NCBI RefSeq assembly: GCF_964194025.1
Contig: NC_134478.1
Span: forward strand, 53,010,001-53,074,000
Length of the DNA stretch: 64,000 nt
DNA from: Convolutriloba macropyga
Lineage: Eukaryota
Direction of reading: 5' to 3'
Shown piece after piece: positions 13,001-25,000 of the stretch. The notes under the pieces were generated by a model. That model saw nothing but the letters and a program-made list of their open reading frames with translations, was not told where the DNA came from and did not search any database. Position numbers and translations under genes: made by a program. Numbering within the stretch: position 1 is the first letter of the stretch; the number at the start of each line of letters is the position of its first letter.

Positions 13001-16000
13001 TACACAAGTCCCACGGGCCGCTAAGGCATGGCCATGGCTCCCGAGGCATTGCCATAATTTCGTAAATATATTGCAGCTCGCAAATAATGCTTAATTTCAA
13101 CTAGTAAGAACAGAGAATAATTTTCGATCTATTGTCCCAATTTTTCTGTTTTTGATCTGTAGTTCTTTCGGTCTATTGTCCAGTCACCGTATTTGGGAGC
13201 TTTCAGTATAATCCGAGGTTAAAAAATCTAAATCGGAGCAAACAGCAGATCAAACTGAGTCTTAATATCAAATGAGTATAAAACTATAAAAACTATTAAT
13301 TTTTATTACCCTTTTACCTATTGCTCTCCATTTTTATTTTCTTTTATATGGAAGTAACTTTTTTAAAGTGCATCATTTAAAATTTTTGTGGCTCTTCGAA
13401 GAGCTGAGGGATGGCTTGTTTCAATTTAATGTTTCACTCACCAATGAGGATATGTCAAAAAAGAAAGTATTGCACATGTTTGGAAAAAGACAGTAATCAA
13501 ACTGGAAATGTTTTATAAAAGTAACGGGAGAGATTTCTCTTTAAAGGTCTCTACATTTTTTGTCCAACATTAATGGAGTTTCCTGTATTAAGGCAGTGAG
13601 TTTAGAATAAGAGAACTTTTAAATTGAAGCTAAACGGTATTTTCTAGAAAGACGCCACAACAATATCATATTTAAAAGATGAGATGAGTAATAGTTTGAC
13701 CAAAATTTAAGTTCCGCTAGAGACAGGTGATAACCAATAAAATGGAATATAAAAATAGTAAGTTATTTATAAATATCAGATAACAAATGCATCGGATATA
13801 CATTTGGAAACCTTTCCTAGCGCGTGTATATGACTAATATGACCGTCTTCCTACTCAAGCAATCCATTTCAAAATGAGCATTACAAATAATTAAATGAAA
13901 TTCGAATGCTATGAAGCTCCAGAATTTTTTCCTTTGTGTCCCCAGAACGTTTTGCACCTCCAGTTACCCAGTCCGGGTCAAAATAGAGCAAATCATTCTA
14001 GCAAATGTAAAAATCTGGCACGTGGGGGGGGGGGGGGTTGGAAATAATAGGCGGCAATAGCTTGGGTGCACAAGCGGAACACTGAAACTACAATTTTAAC
14101 TATCAGCTGAGCGAAACCCGCAAACATTCTAAACATGAAGCTTTTTGCGCCCTCAAAATATCAAACTGATGGACGTGAACTTAGCACTTAAGCGGTGATG
14201 AAAGCCCGTGGCTTCCACACTAATCAAGAATTTAGGAACACTTTGAATCACAGTTCAAAAATTTTGTATAAAAAGACAAAATTTGGAAGCTAGATTTAAA
14301 ATTGTGTGTATAAACATAATCCGAGATTTAAAAATCATACTCCTTTAGCCATTTTTGTAACGGCAACGGCTCTTGTAATGTGGTTATTGACAGCAATGTT
14401 CCAAAATATCTGTTATAATTGGACTAATAGTTAGTTATGCTCGTACTCGGGCTAAAGATGACGTGCTTGACAATGTATTGACAACAGTTGAGGAGATAAA
14501 CAACCTGATAATGGATGTTTGACCTGTTCTGAACAGGAGAAAAAAGAACACAAGTTATCATTGCAGAGGAAACATTGACTGAAAGGAATAACGGAAAAGA
14601 TTCAAAAAATTTTTTGGTCTTGGAAGAGAAAATAATCTGCAAACATCCATTTGAAAAATCTTCAAAACCTTAAAATGATTTTTTCCACAGAATCACGTCG
14701 CTTATACTTTTAAATAATTAATGTAAGAAATTCCATAAATTGGTAAGAATTGCACCATTGGCTAATTATACCTGGGCAGCAAGTGTACCCATCATGACAA
14801 TAAACAACAGGGTTACTGTGACATGCCACAGCGCTAGCTTTCGCCTCCCCACTCATTCCAAGACTCCCTCCGTACCCATACTCTGTGAACCCCCCACTTC
14901 CACCACTCTTCGGGCTGGCTCTTTTTCCAGACATGGAATTGGCTAGTTGGTAGGGTTTGTACGCGTATTTGCCCGATGGTGTCTCAACATGGCGGTGGAG
15001 ATTGTCGTTGTCGTGAGGGTTCCTAGCAACCTCGGCTTGTTCGGCTGAAATATTCTCTCAATCAATTCTCTATAACTTAATCATGCTTCGTAATTTTTAG
15101 CAGGAATGCTAAATTTGTTCTGATTAAATAGATATTTTCAGAAAAAAGGAAGGCTCTTTGAAATAAATGAAATAGATAAAATGTAGATGATTAAAGATTG
15201 AACAGCTCAACAAAATGGAAGTTATGTATAGTCAATAAAGGTTTTATTATTGATATTATTTCCAAATACACAAGCGAAGGCAAAATAACAGCCTTCTTAG
15301 GGAAGACAGGACGAACATAATTTTGTAATTAAACCCAAAACAGCTAAAAACAAGTTTATTGTGTCCTTTCTACGCACAGAACTCTGTGTTGTGTAAAAGA
15401 GGAGAGAACAATGTGAAGCTGCCTGTGAGGACGAGCTCTCACTTAATTTAAAATGCCCATCGACTTAATGAACAATAAAGAGGTGACAGTCAAACAAAAA
15501 GAGCAATTCTGCTTCTGAAAAGAGCAGTCTGGATGACATTTGGGAGATAATAATTGGGAAAAGACGACAGCTGATATCCGGCTGCTGTTCCACTACGATT
15601 AAGCATTAGTATAAACTCTTGTTTTTACCCAGTGCATCCCCCGCTGTTAACCCAAAGCTAATCCCCCGAAACGGCCGATTCTACAGAAGGAAAATCACTT
15701 TGACATGACAAACAAATTTTTTAACAATTAGAATGAATCAGTGAAAAGTCACCCAGAGTACGGGAGTTCTATCAACTAATCAGGATTAGTGACCTTAGTC
15801 AGTCCTCGGGTGACGCTGCCAGCGCAGTCTAGAGAAATACAAACCCAGTAACAATAGAGACGATTTGGAAAATTTTTGAACCAACTAACAGACACACACA
15901 ATGCAAAACTAGGAAGCATTGGGATAATCTAAGGAAAAAAAGAGAAAAAGTGCAAATTTCAAATGATCACCTCAAAATTGATTCTGCGTGAAACGCCAAA

Positions 16001-19000
16001 CGGAGCAGATAAAAGTACTGAATAAATAACGCCTGTGGAAAACCCGAAAGTGTGGTGCTGTAAAACAGGGGTATTGATTGTAATACCAGCCTGGAAAAAA
16101 ATCAAAACGATTGGTTACAAAAAGCCGACAAAATTAGTGGAAGCGTTTCTCTCCTTGGAGCCATGGGCTGAATAAAACAAGGGATAAAAAATTAAACTTA
16201 GAACTGGAAAAAATATGAAGCTTAGGATAAAATATTAACTAGAATCAAGGGATAGAATGGATACCCGATAACGAGAAGAGTAATCATAACTTTCGTATGT
16301 TCTACCAACTAGAAGATAAACCAATTGTACTTTTTGTTCTCTGAAAAAAAAACGGAATGGCATTCGGACTGTTTTTGTCTGCTTTCACAAAACGAACAGC
16401 TGTCAACTGCTTGATCTGTCCGAGCAATTTTCAAAAGCTATTCATAACTCACCAGCTTTATCATTTTTTGCTGTCTCAACAGTTTTATAACAGCCTGATT
16501 CTAGATTGGGTACCGCATATTTGACCTCTAAAAAAGAGAAATTAGTCAAATAATTTGATGTTGACGCAGTCTTTTATTGATACGTTTTGATTTTGTTTTT
16601 GAAGCAGAATTTCTGAAGTTTTTTGGACATCATCAATGAGCATGGTTTTGCCTGAACAGTACTTGTCCAAGTTAGATATTTATTGCCTGCTACAATAATG
16701 TGTTGTGCGAAAGTAACAGAATTACTCTTTGTTTCAATTCGAAGTGTTCACATATACTAAATTGATTGGACCACTTTTTATACTCATTTCATAGATAGAG
16801 AATAGTTGCGATCATGTTTTCTAACATTTAAAGAGGTTGTTATCAATGGTGGACATTATAGTGAAATTACTAATAAAACTCATATTTTCACACAAGAAAT
16901 GATGTAAGTGTTTCGAATTATAACTAAAAGAGCTATTTATAAAAACTTACGTTTTTTATACCAAGCACAATTAAACATCAATTATACTTCACCTGCGGTT
17001 AATTAATAGATTTTGTTTTCATACGAAACATATGGCAACACCTACCGAACAACTATATTCGATCTGCCTTTTAGATTCAACTTCTCGAATTTACAGCTCT
17101 AGATAAAACATCTTCCATATAAGGTATAGCAGAACTGCAATTAAACTGAAAACTTCACCAATATGTTAGTTGATGATTTAAACAGCAAATACGCTGAAAT
17201 TGCCCAGAATTATCCTTCAAACTCAACCAGGAAAAACTACTTCTTAGCAGCAAGTATGGTCTTAATCCAGCGCAATTCTCCAAATATTGGGAGCTCAGAA
17301 CTTTGGGCAAAAGTGGCAGAAATGGACAGTGGATCACCCCACGGAGGAATCATTGGAATGGGCAACTCAAAGTGGGAAAAGCGTCTGAACAAATTCAAAA
17401 TTATCAGGTTTAAGAGACTTACACCTATTATATCTAGAAGATTGTACACCTGCACAATTTTGAAATTTCATAACAATTTTAACTTTGAATTAGGACAAAC
17501 TTTTCATCTGATACCCATTGAGGCAACGAATCCATGTGCCTACATTGTGGAAATCTGCTACGAAAAAAATTGCGCATTTGGTAAACAAAATCCACATAGG
17601 ATTGTTCAAATTTGAAACACAATTTTCACATTTAAAAGTGAACTGAAATTAGCAAAGTGATTTCTATTATCTACAGCCAAATTGTCCTCGAATAATTTCA
17701 CATTTTGCCTTCTCAACTATTCTAATTACAAAGGCATCATTACTGTCTATTTGACAGTATTGGGGCGGAGTGATCTATATTACGAGCGTTTATCCGTACC
17801 GAAAAAATCTACCTCCAAAAAACGTCGCCTGCCTTCAGTTCAATGCGTAAGGCGCTTAAAGTTAGCGATAGTGGTTCAAACGAAGCAATTAACAGCCTTA
17901 AAATTCAAAGTAAGATCAATAAAATGCGAAAAGTAGTTACCTTCGACTGCAAGGCCATTTAACAAAATTTGAATCCATTTTGATAGGAAGCGATTATAAG
18001 ATAATTAAATAATTAAATAAGCGTTCAAAAAATTTATTGATAGTATTTTTCGCAAAAGGTGAATATTATACAAGATTTCACATTCTAGTACACGTTATTA
18101 GAGCAGAAAGGGAAGTGTTTTCCACATTTCATGTTATCAATTTACGTAAAAATGGCTGTTTTCATGCTCTGTTTCTATGCTCTGATTTCAGTTTTCTAAA
18201 CAGACGGCAGGTATAGCTAAAACACTTTCATTAACATTAAATAAAATGGGGGACTATTGTGCAATTATTCTTCCGCTTAATTTATATTCCATTGTTTGTT
18301 CCCGTCTTTCGTATATTAGGTCAAAATATTTTATTCCAAATTTGCTTGTTTCAGGCTCTTTCTTATCTCAACCTCTTTGCGGAATATGCTTCCCATGTTT
18401 GGTTAAATATTGGTGCTGCTTTGCGAATTTTAGTAATATTTGGGGTAATTTAGGCTTATTCACTTAAAATGAATACTTCTTCTTTTGAAGTATTTATGGC
18501 TTCCAATCCGTAAAAAAACGAAAAGCAGTTCTAAACTATGTGGAATCTAATTCCCGAAATTTTGTGGAAAGCGTTTCAGTCAAACTTAGTTTGCGATGAA
18601 AAGCAATTTTTACTTTTTAACTTCCAGGATTTTCCGTTAAAATCAAAATACTTTAAACTTAGTTTACTCGTCTATTTATAACTAAAACGCTCAAAAAAGC
18701 AAAATTGGAGAGTCTCTTCAAAAAGGGATTGGCTTCCAGCTTTTAAATGTGTAACATTATATAAAATTGATTAAATCAGCTCTGAATCAGTCTAAAAGCC
18801 TTTTGTTTTTTTCTTGGTCCTCAGTACTCAGATCACGTCCCAACATACATTGTCTAGTCTTGATTTCAGAGTTAAATTTACAGCATTAAAAAGGAAATAT
18901 TCACATTAACTCCCGCTCTCAATGTTTGCGTTATCTGATATTTGAAATTCCACGTGCGTACTCGTATGATCATTTAGCTTTTTGAGCCGTATCCACTTAG

Positions 19001-22000
19001 ATAATGGTCTTTGTGGTAATTATCTACAAACTAGCCTCAGTATAAAGAGCGTGCATACTAATATAGAAATTAGCAACTGTAAGCAACAAAAATTGTGAAA
19101 ATACGCTGTTACAAAATAGTAAACAAAAAAAGGATCCTTAAAACATGAATACCAATGAATATTGCTGTAATTATTGCTCGCGAGAAAAATACAACATTTC
19201 ACAATACCACCAAGAACTATTAGAAAAAACTGATTATAGAAGAAATTGGAACTTCTTTATAAGGACAACTTCTTTTCAAATAAACGTATTTTAGCCAACC
19301 TTTTTTCAGATTCTCTGTTCACATAGCCCCTTCAGTTGGTATCAAACCAAAAATGTCAAAGATCTGGGAACTCTATGCAGAGCCAATATCAATTTGTTTC
19401 ACAATACCAGAACATATCAGCAAAGATGATATTCTTTTTTTTCGGCTCAAGTTGTTGCCATTTTGTTCCAAAACCAATTAAAACGCTTTAAAAATGCTGA
19501 AAACTTTATTTTTTGTCTCTCTGCAAGGTTGGAAAAAATTTCTGATTTTAATTTTGATTCACAGGCAAATGCATTTTGAATTTTCCTCTGATTCAGAGGG
19601 AATTTAGAGAAATTTGATTCTGAATTTTGCTCTGATTCAGAAAGGTTTCAAAATCGATGCAGAAACGATTCTGAAATCGTTCTAAATCAGTACTGAAAAT
19701 CAAAATTTCTCTGAAATCGTTCTGAATCAGTACTGATATTCTCTGAGCGTGACGTACGTGGCTCAAAAACAACACAATTTAAAAAACAGGCACTATTTTA
19801 TGACATAATTGGAAAAAGATCCGGAAATATTTGAAGATAGCGTGCAAATAAAGGCTTTCAGACTTCACGCAGTTCTCCATGACGCTGGCGGTCATCTAAA
19901 GAGAAGGCACAATATAGCTCCAGGTTACATTTATTCTTCACCCTGCTGCTCGTGTTTTAACAATCCCTACCTTGGACATGTTTCTAGTCTCTTATACTAA
20001 TTAAAAGCAAAATTATTCTGCAAATGATATCGCAAACTCCAGTTGTGATTTATTTCCTGTTTCTTTATATTCTTGAAATTTTGTCTCAACTCAACTCTGC
20101 TACAAAAATTTCGTTTATAGAAAATTTGATGTTTTAATAGGAATAATTTAAATAATGCCAATTATTAACTGTCTGGCCAAATAAATACAAAAATATAATG
20201 ATCTAACAAGAATATAATGATCTAACAGACAAATTAATTATTGAGTGTCAATATAAAAAAATATTGACACTCAATAATTAATTTGTCTGTTATGAAGTAC
20301 TTTGTAATAATGCTCAAAGATTCAATTAAGGCTTGACCTAATATATAAAACTAAAAAAATATTGACACTCAAAAATTAATTTTTCTGTTATGAAGTACTT
20401 TGTAAAAATGCTCAAAGATTCAATTAAGGCTTGACCTATTATATAAAACTAAAAAAATATTGACACTCAATAATTAATTTGTCCGTTATGAAGTACTTTG
20501 TAATAATGCTCAAAAATTCAATCAAGGCTTGACAAAATCTATGCTTAGAGCTCAAAATTCCCATTACGCAGCTGAGTAATTTAATAGTTTGTTGATTAAT
20601 CTAGCTGTTTCTTTTTCCTTTTATTGTGAGCTGTATTTTTCCGAGAATCGTCCATGAAATTATATCTTGAGCTCAATGAAATGAATTGTTCAGCCGGCAA
20701 TGCACATTTTTCAAATAGCAAATTATTTGGACAAGTATTTGACGTAAAATGCAAACTTAAGTTCCCCATTAAATTTACCATTAAGTTTTTTTGTGCAAAA
20801 AAATCGTACAGAATTCGCAAAACTAACCATGTTATCCTTAAAATATGAATACTCAAAAATAATGCAGCAAAAATTGTTCGCTGGCTCATAAATAACACAA
20901 TTTTGAAAAAAAACAAGTACTATTTTGACATTATTGGAAAAATATCCGGGAATATTTGAAGATAGCGTGAAAATAAATGTTTTCAGATTTCACGCAGTTC
21001 TCCACGACGCTGGTGGTCATCTAAAGAGAAGGCACAATATTGGTCCAGGGTACATCTATGCTTCATCCTGCTGCTCGTGTTGTAACAATCCCTACCTTGG
21101 ACATGTTTCTGGTCTCATATACTGCTTAAGTGCAAAATTATTCTGTAAATCATATCGCAAACTTCAGTTGTGATTAATTTCGTTTTTTCTTCATATTTTT
21201 GATATACTTTGTTGTATCGATTCTGATAGAAAAATTTATTGGAAAATTTCCACTTATTGAAGACTTTATATTTTCATAGCAGCAGACAATAAAACTATGA
21301 TGCATAACTGTGAGGACAAACAATTACAGGCTCAAGAATATCAAAAGACAAATTATACGGAATTTTTATTGTTAGCTACAAATAATGATCGAACAGAGGC
21401 TCTCCGTACAGGCTCTCATATGTTAAAAAGATTTTTATGATCAATTTGTCAGTTATGAAATACTTTATGGTATTGGTAAAAAAACTCAATTACTGTTTTA
21501 CTGAACTTGATTAAGGCATGACTATACTGAGTGTTCAAAACTCTAATTGGGCAGCAGAATAAATTACTCCACTTCTAAACACTTTTAGATATTAGTAATT
21601 TGTTTTTCCTACCAGCTAACTTTTTTCGTTCATAGGAAAAAAGGTGTATTGTTCTTAGGTTCCACTTAACATTTAGGCGGTTAGCACAACTCTTGAAGCT
21701 TTTGGAAGTTATCAAATAACTCACACCTTTTTTTAGTTTCATTTAACTCTTTCAGATGAACTGTGCAGCCTGCAAGACGGAATTATTTAGCAGCAAATTT
21801 TTGGACATAAATCTCTCATATACAGGAAACTCTTATTCTATTCCCCGTTTATTTTCACTATCTAATCGTTAAATATTTTTTAAGAGACTGTGAAAAAAGT
21901 AGCAAAAATGAACTCCCTAGGCTGCGATGCTTATGCACTGAATTATTTGTTCATGACCAAGGGTCTATATTATTTTGAAAAAATAAAACTTAAAGTTGCT

Positions 22001-25000
22001 TCAGAAAACCTCTCAATGGCAAGAAAGGAAAAATGAAATGAACAAAAACTTTTGTTCATTTCTTTAAAAGATAATAGGACTCTTGGACCCGTGATTGATC
22101 CTTGGTCCTTTCATTTTGAAAGTTTTTTAAAGGCTTTGTAAATAGAACTCATTTCCACTTCTACTCAGGATCCGTTCTACTCGATCTCAGTAATGGTTCT
22201 TCTTTCTACCAACTGTTTCACAGAATGTCGTTCCATCTTTGCTTTTAGGTTTCAGACTTTTTTTGTCAAATTTGTTGTTTTACAGCTCTTATTTTGCTAT
22301 TCTAAAACTGACCGACTGAAAACCATACCTTTGAAAAATAAGACTGAATGATTATTTTGTGTCACTTCTAAACCATTAAAAAACGACGTTCTTTATAAAT
22401 CAATTTTGTTGTGTTCCTTTTGGAATCACATTTTTTTTTGAAATTTTCCGGCAAAACAATAAACCAGTTTCATCTCGCAAAGCCGGATTCAATGTATATT
22501 ACGTAGACGTTGTTCTTAAGCTGTTTTTCTTGCTAAGTAGGGTAATATGGAATTTACCAAACGAAAAATGATGTGTTCGAATAATAATAACTGGTTTTAA
22601 AAAATTGAAATTCTCTGTTGAGCAAAACCGAAGTTTGATTTTTTTTTCAAATGACTTATTGATTTCTAACTAGAGAATGGCAAATCTCGGAAGTCTTTCC
22701 TGTCTTTAAATTTCAAATTTTTTAGCCCATTTTCCTTCTACCTAAAATTCTCTTTTGCCCGATTTTAGTGATTAATCTTTTGTTTAAACATATAGTTTAC
22801 ACTAGGAACGTCTTCATAATTTTTATTTCCACTGATCCATTTTTTGGATACTATAACAAATTAGAACAGCTGTCTGGAAATTGAACTTCTGAAGTTATTT
22901 TGAAACAAACTGATTATTGTTTTGTTTACTAAAGGGGAACTAAACAAGAAAAAAGCGCGGGCCATTTTACGAGTTCCTGAGCTCATCTTATAATAGTAGC
23001 AGTTTTGTGTTGTTGAAAAATCCTCAATTCTTTTTAACATCGCCGCAATGTAATTTCAAACAAAACATTTTGCAGAAAGTTATTTCTGACTGGGGTGACA
23101 GACCAGCGAATGCTTAGCTGTTTTATTATGTTTAAAAATCACCACCTCAAAAATTGCAAATGATAACCATGCCGCCTGAATAAGTATTCAAGCCACAAAG
23201 AATTTTCACGAGCCAGTTTTTGTTATAGTGGTGAGCGCGCTGTTACGTAGTAACTGGAAGAATTATTAGCCAATCAGAATCGAGTATTTCTAAACTTTAA
23301 AATAAGATTTAAATACGTTCTAATATACGTAGAAAGTTCCGAAAAAGTTCATTTAACCTAATTTTAAGTAAATATAACCACTATATGTATCGATTAAGCT
23401 GGTTTTCGGCTTAAAATTTTTAGGTTTTCTAGAAAATTGTCGATTTAACACGAACTGATTTTGACGTCAATGACATCAGACGAAAAAACCTGTTAAATGA
23501 ACAACAAAAAATCTTGCCGTCTAAGTCCCACTTGTTGCTATGAGCATCGTTAATGCTTGTACGTTTTACAGCTAATACGTTACTAGATCCATGTTGCTTT
23601 ATACTTACACACGTTGAATTGAATCTTCGAAAGAGTGTGGTTTTACACCTTTAATATTGGTGCCGCTCTCATTCTACGAACCATATAACTATTTAACCAA
23701 AAAAGTTGTGATAATCTTACTAAGTACATGCGCCTGAAACTGAAGCTAAACTGCTTCTGAAGAATACCACATCTTCAGAACTCCATTTGAACCAACCGAA
23801 CAGTGGATTGCATTACCTTACCCAACCGATCAGTTCCCCTGCCGTGGTCTACTCAGCATCAGATTTGGAAGAAATATCAACGCTTCCTGACACCTACGCG
23901 GTGGTTAGATTACAGCAGAGAGTCAAGAAGCAAGAGTCCTGGATTTCCTCGACCGCAATCATCGTGGGCTAACGAAAACTGGAATTTGGAAAACTTGTCT
24001 CAAGGAAAAATTACCCTGAGGAGTCAGTTTCTACTATAGAAGCAAGCACAAAAAGAGTGAAAACAATGTCAATGAAATGTGTTTGTGAACCATGTTGACG
24101 AGAGTGTGTGTTCAAATTTAAAGAGTTGAAATCAAGATGAAACAGACTTTGTGGATCAACTCATTGATCAAGGCGCAGACCTTTACAAAGCTGAGGAGCT
24201 TTTTGGACTGAGAAAAAAACTTTAAGACAGAAAAAACAAAACTTTGGTTGTAGATTTTTTTGGCAAAATTTAGACGGCAAACCCAACCCCTGATTTTTGA
24301 TCATTAAAGGGAAATTAAGACGCATCATTCTAGAATGCCGAATATCACCTAGGTTTAATTAGCTGTACTAAGAGTTTAATAGAGAATATTGGTCACCATA
24401 ACCCCCCACAAGCATAATTTTGGAAAGAAAAAACATCAATATTTGAAACCTCTCAATGGCAAGAAAGGAAAAATGAAATGAACAAAAATTTTTAAGTTAA
24501 TAGGAATCTTGGACCCTTGATTGATCCTTGATCCTTTCATTTTGAAAGTTTTTTAAAGGTTTTATAAATAGAACTTTCCACTTCTACTCAGGATCCGTTC
24601 TACTCGATCTCAGTAATGGTTCTTCTTTCTTCCAACTGTTTCACGAAAGTCGTTCCATCGTTGCTTTTAGGTTTCCAAACTTGTTGTCAAATTTGTTTTA
24701 CAGCTCTAATTTTGCTATTCTAAAACTGACCGACTGAAAACCATACCTTTGAAAAATAAGACTGACTGATTATTTTGTGTCACTTCTAAACCATTAAAAA
24801 ACGACGTTCTTTATAAATCAATTTTGTTGTGTTCCTTTTGGAATCACATTTTTTTTGAAATTTTCCGGTAAAACAATAAACCAGTTTCATCTCGCAAAGC
24901 CGGATTCAATGTATATTACGTAGACGTTGTTCTTAAGCTGTTTTTCTTGCTAAGTAGGGTAATATGGAATTTACCAAACGAAAAATGATGTGTTCGAATA

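Noticed and set aside
17163-17615. 150-aa plus-strand ORF in progranulin intron 4
   Set aside because: No recognisable motif or supporting exon structure; cannot be supported as a gene.
20255-20535. CRISPR-like array
   Set aside because: Head-to-tail repeats without unique spacers, in eukaryotic DNA.
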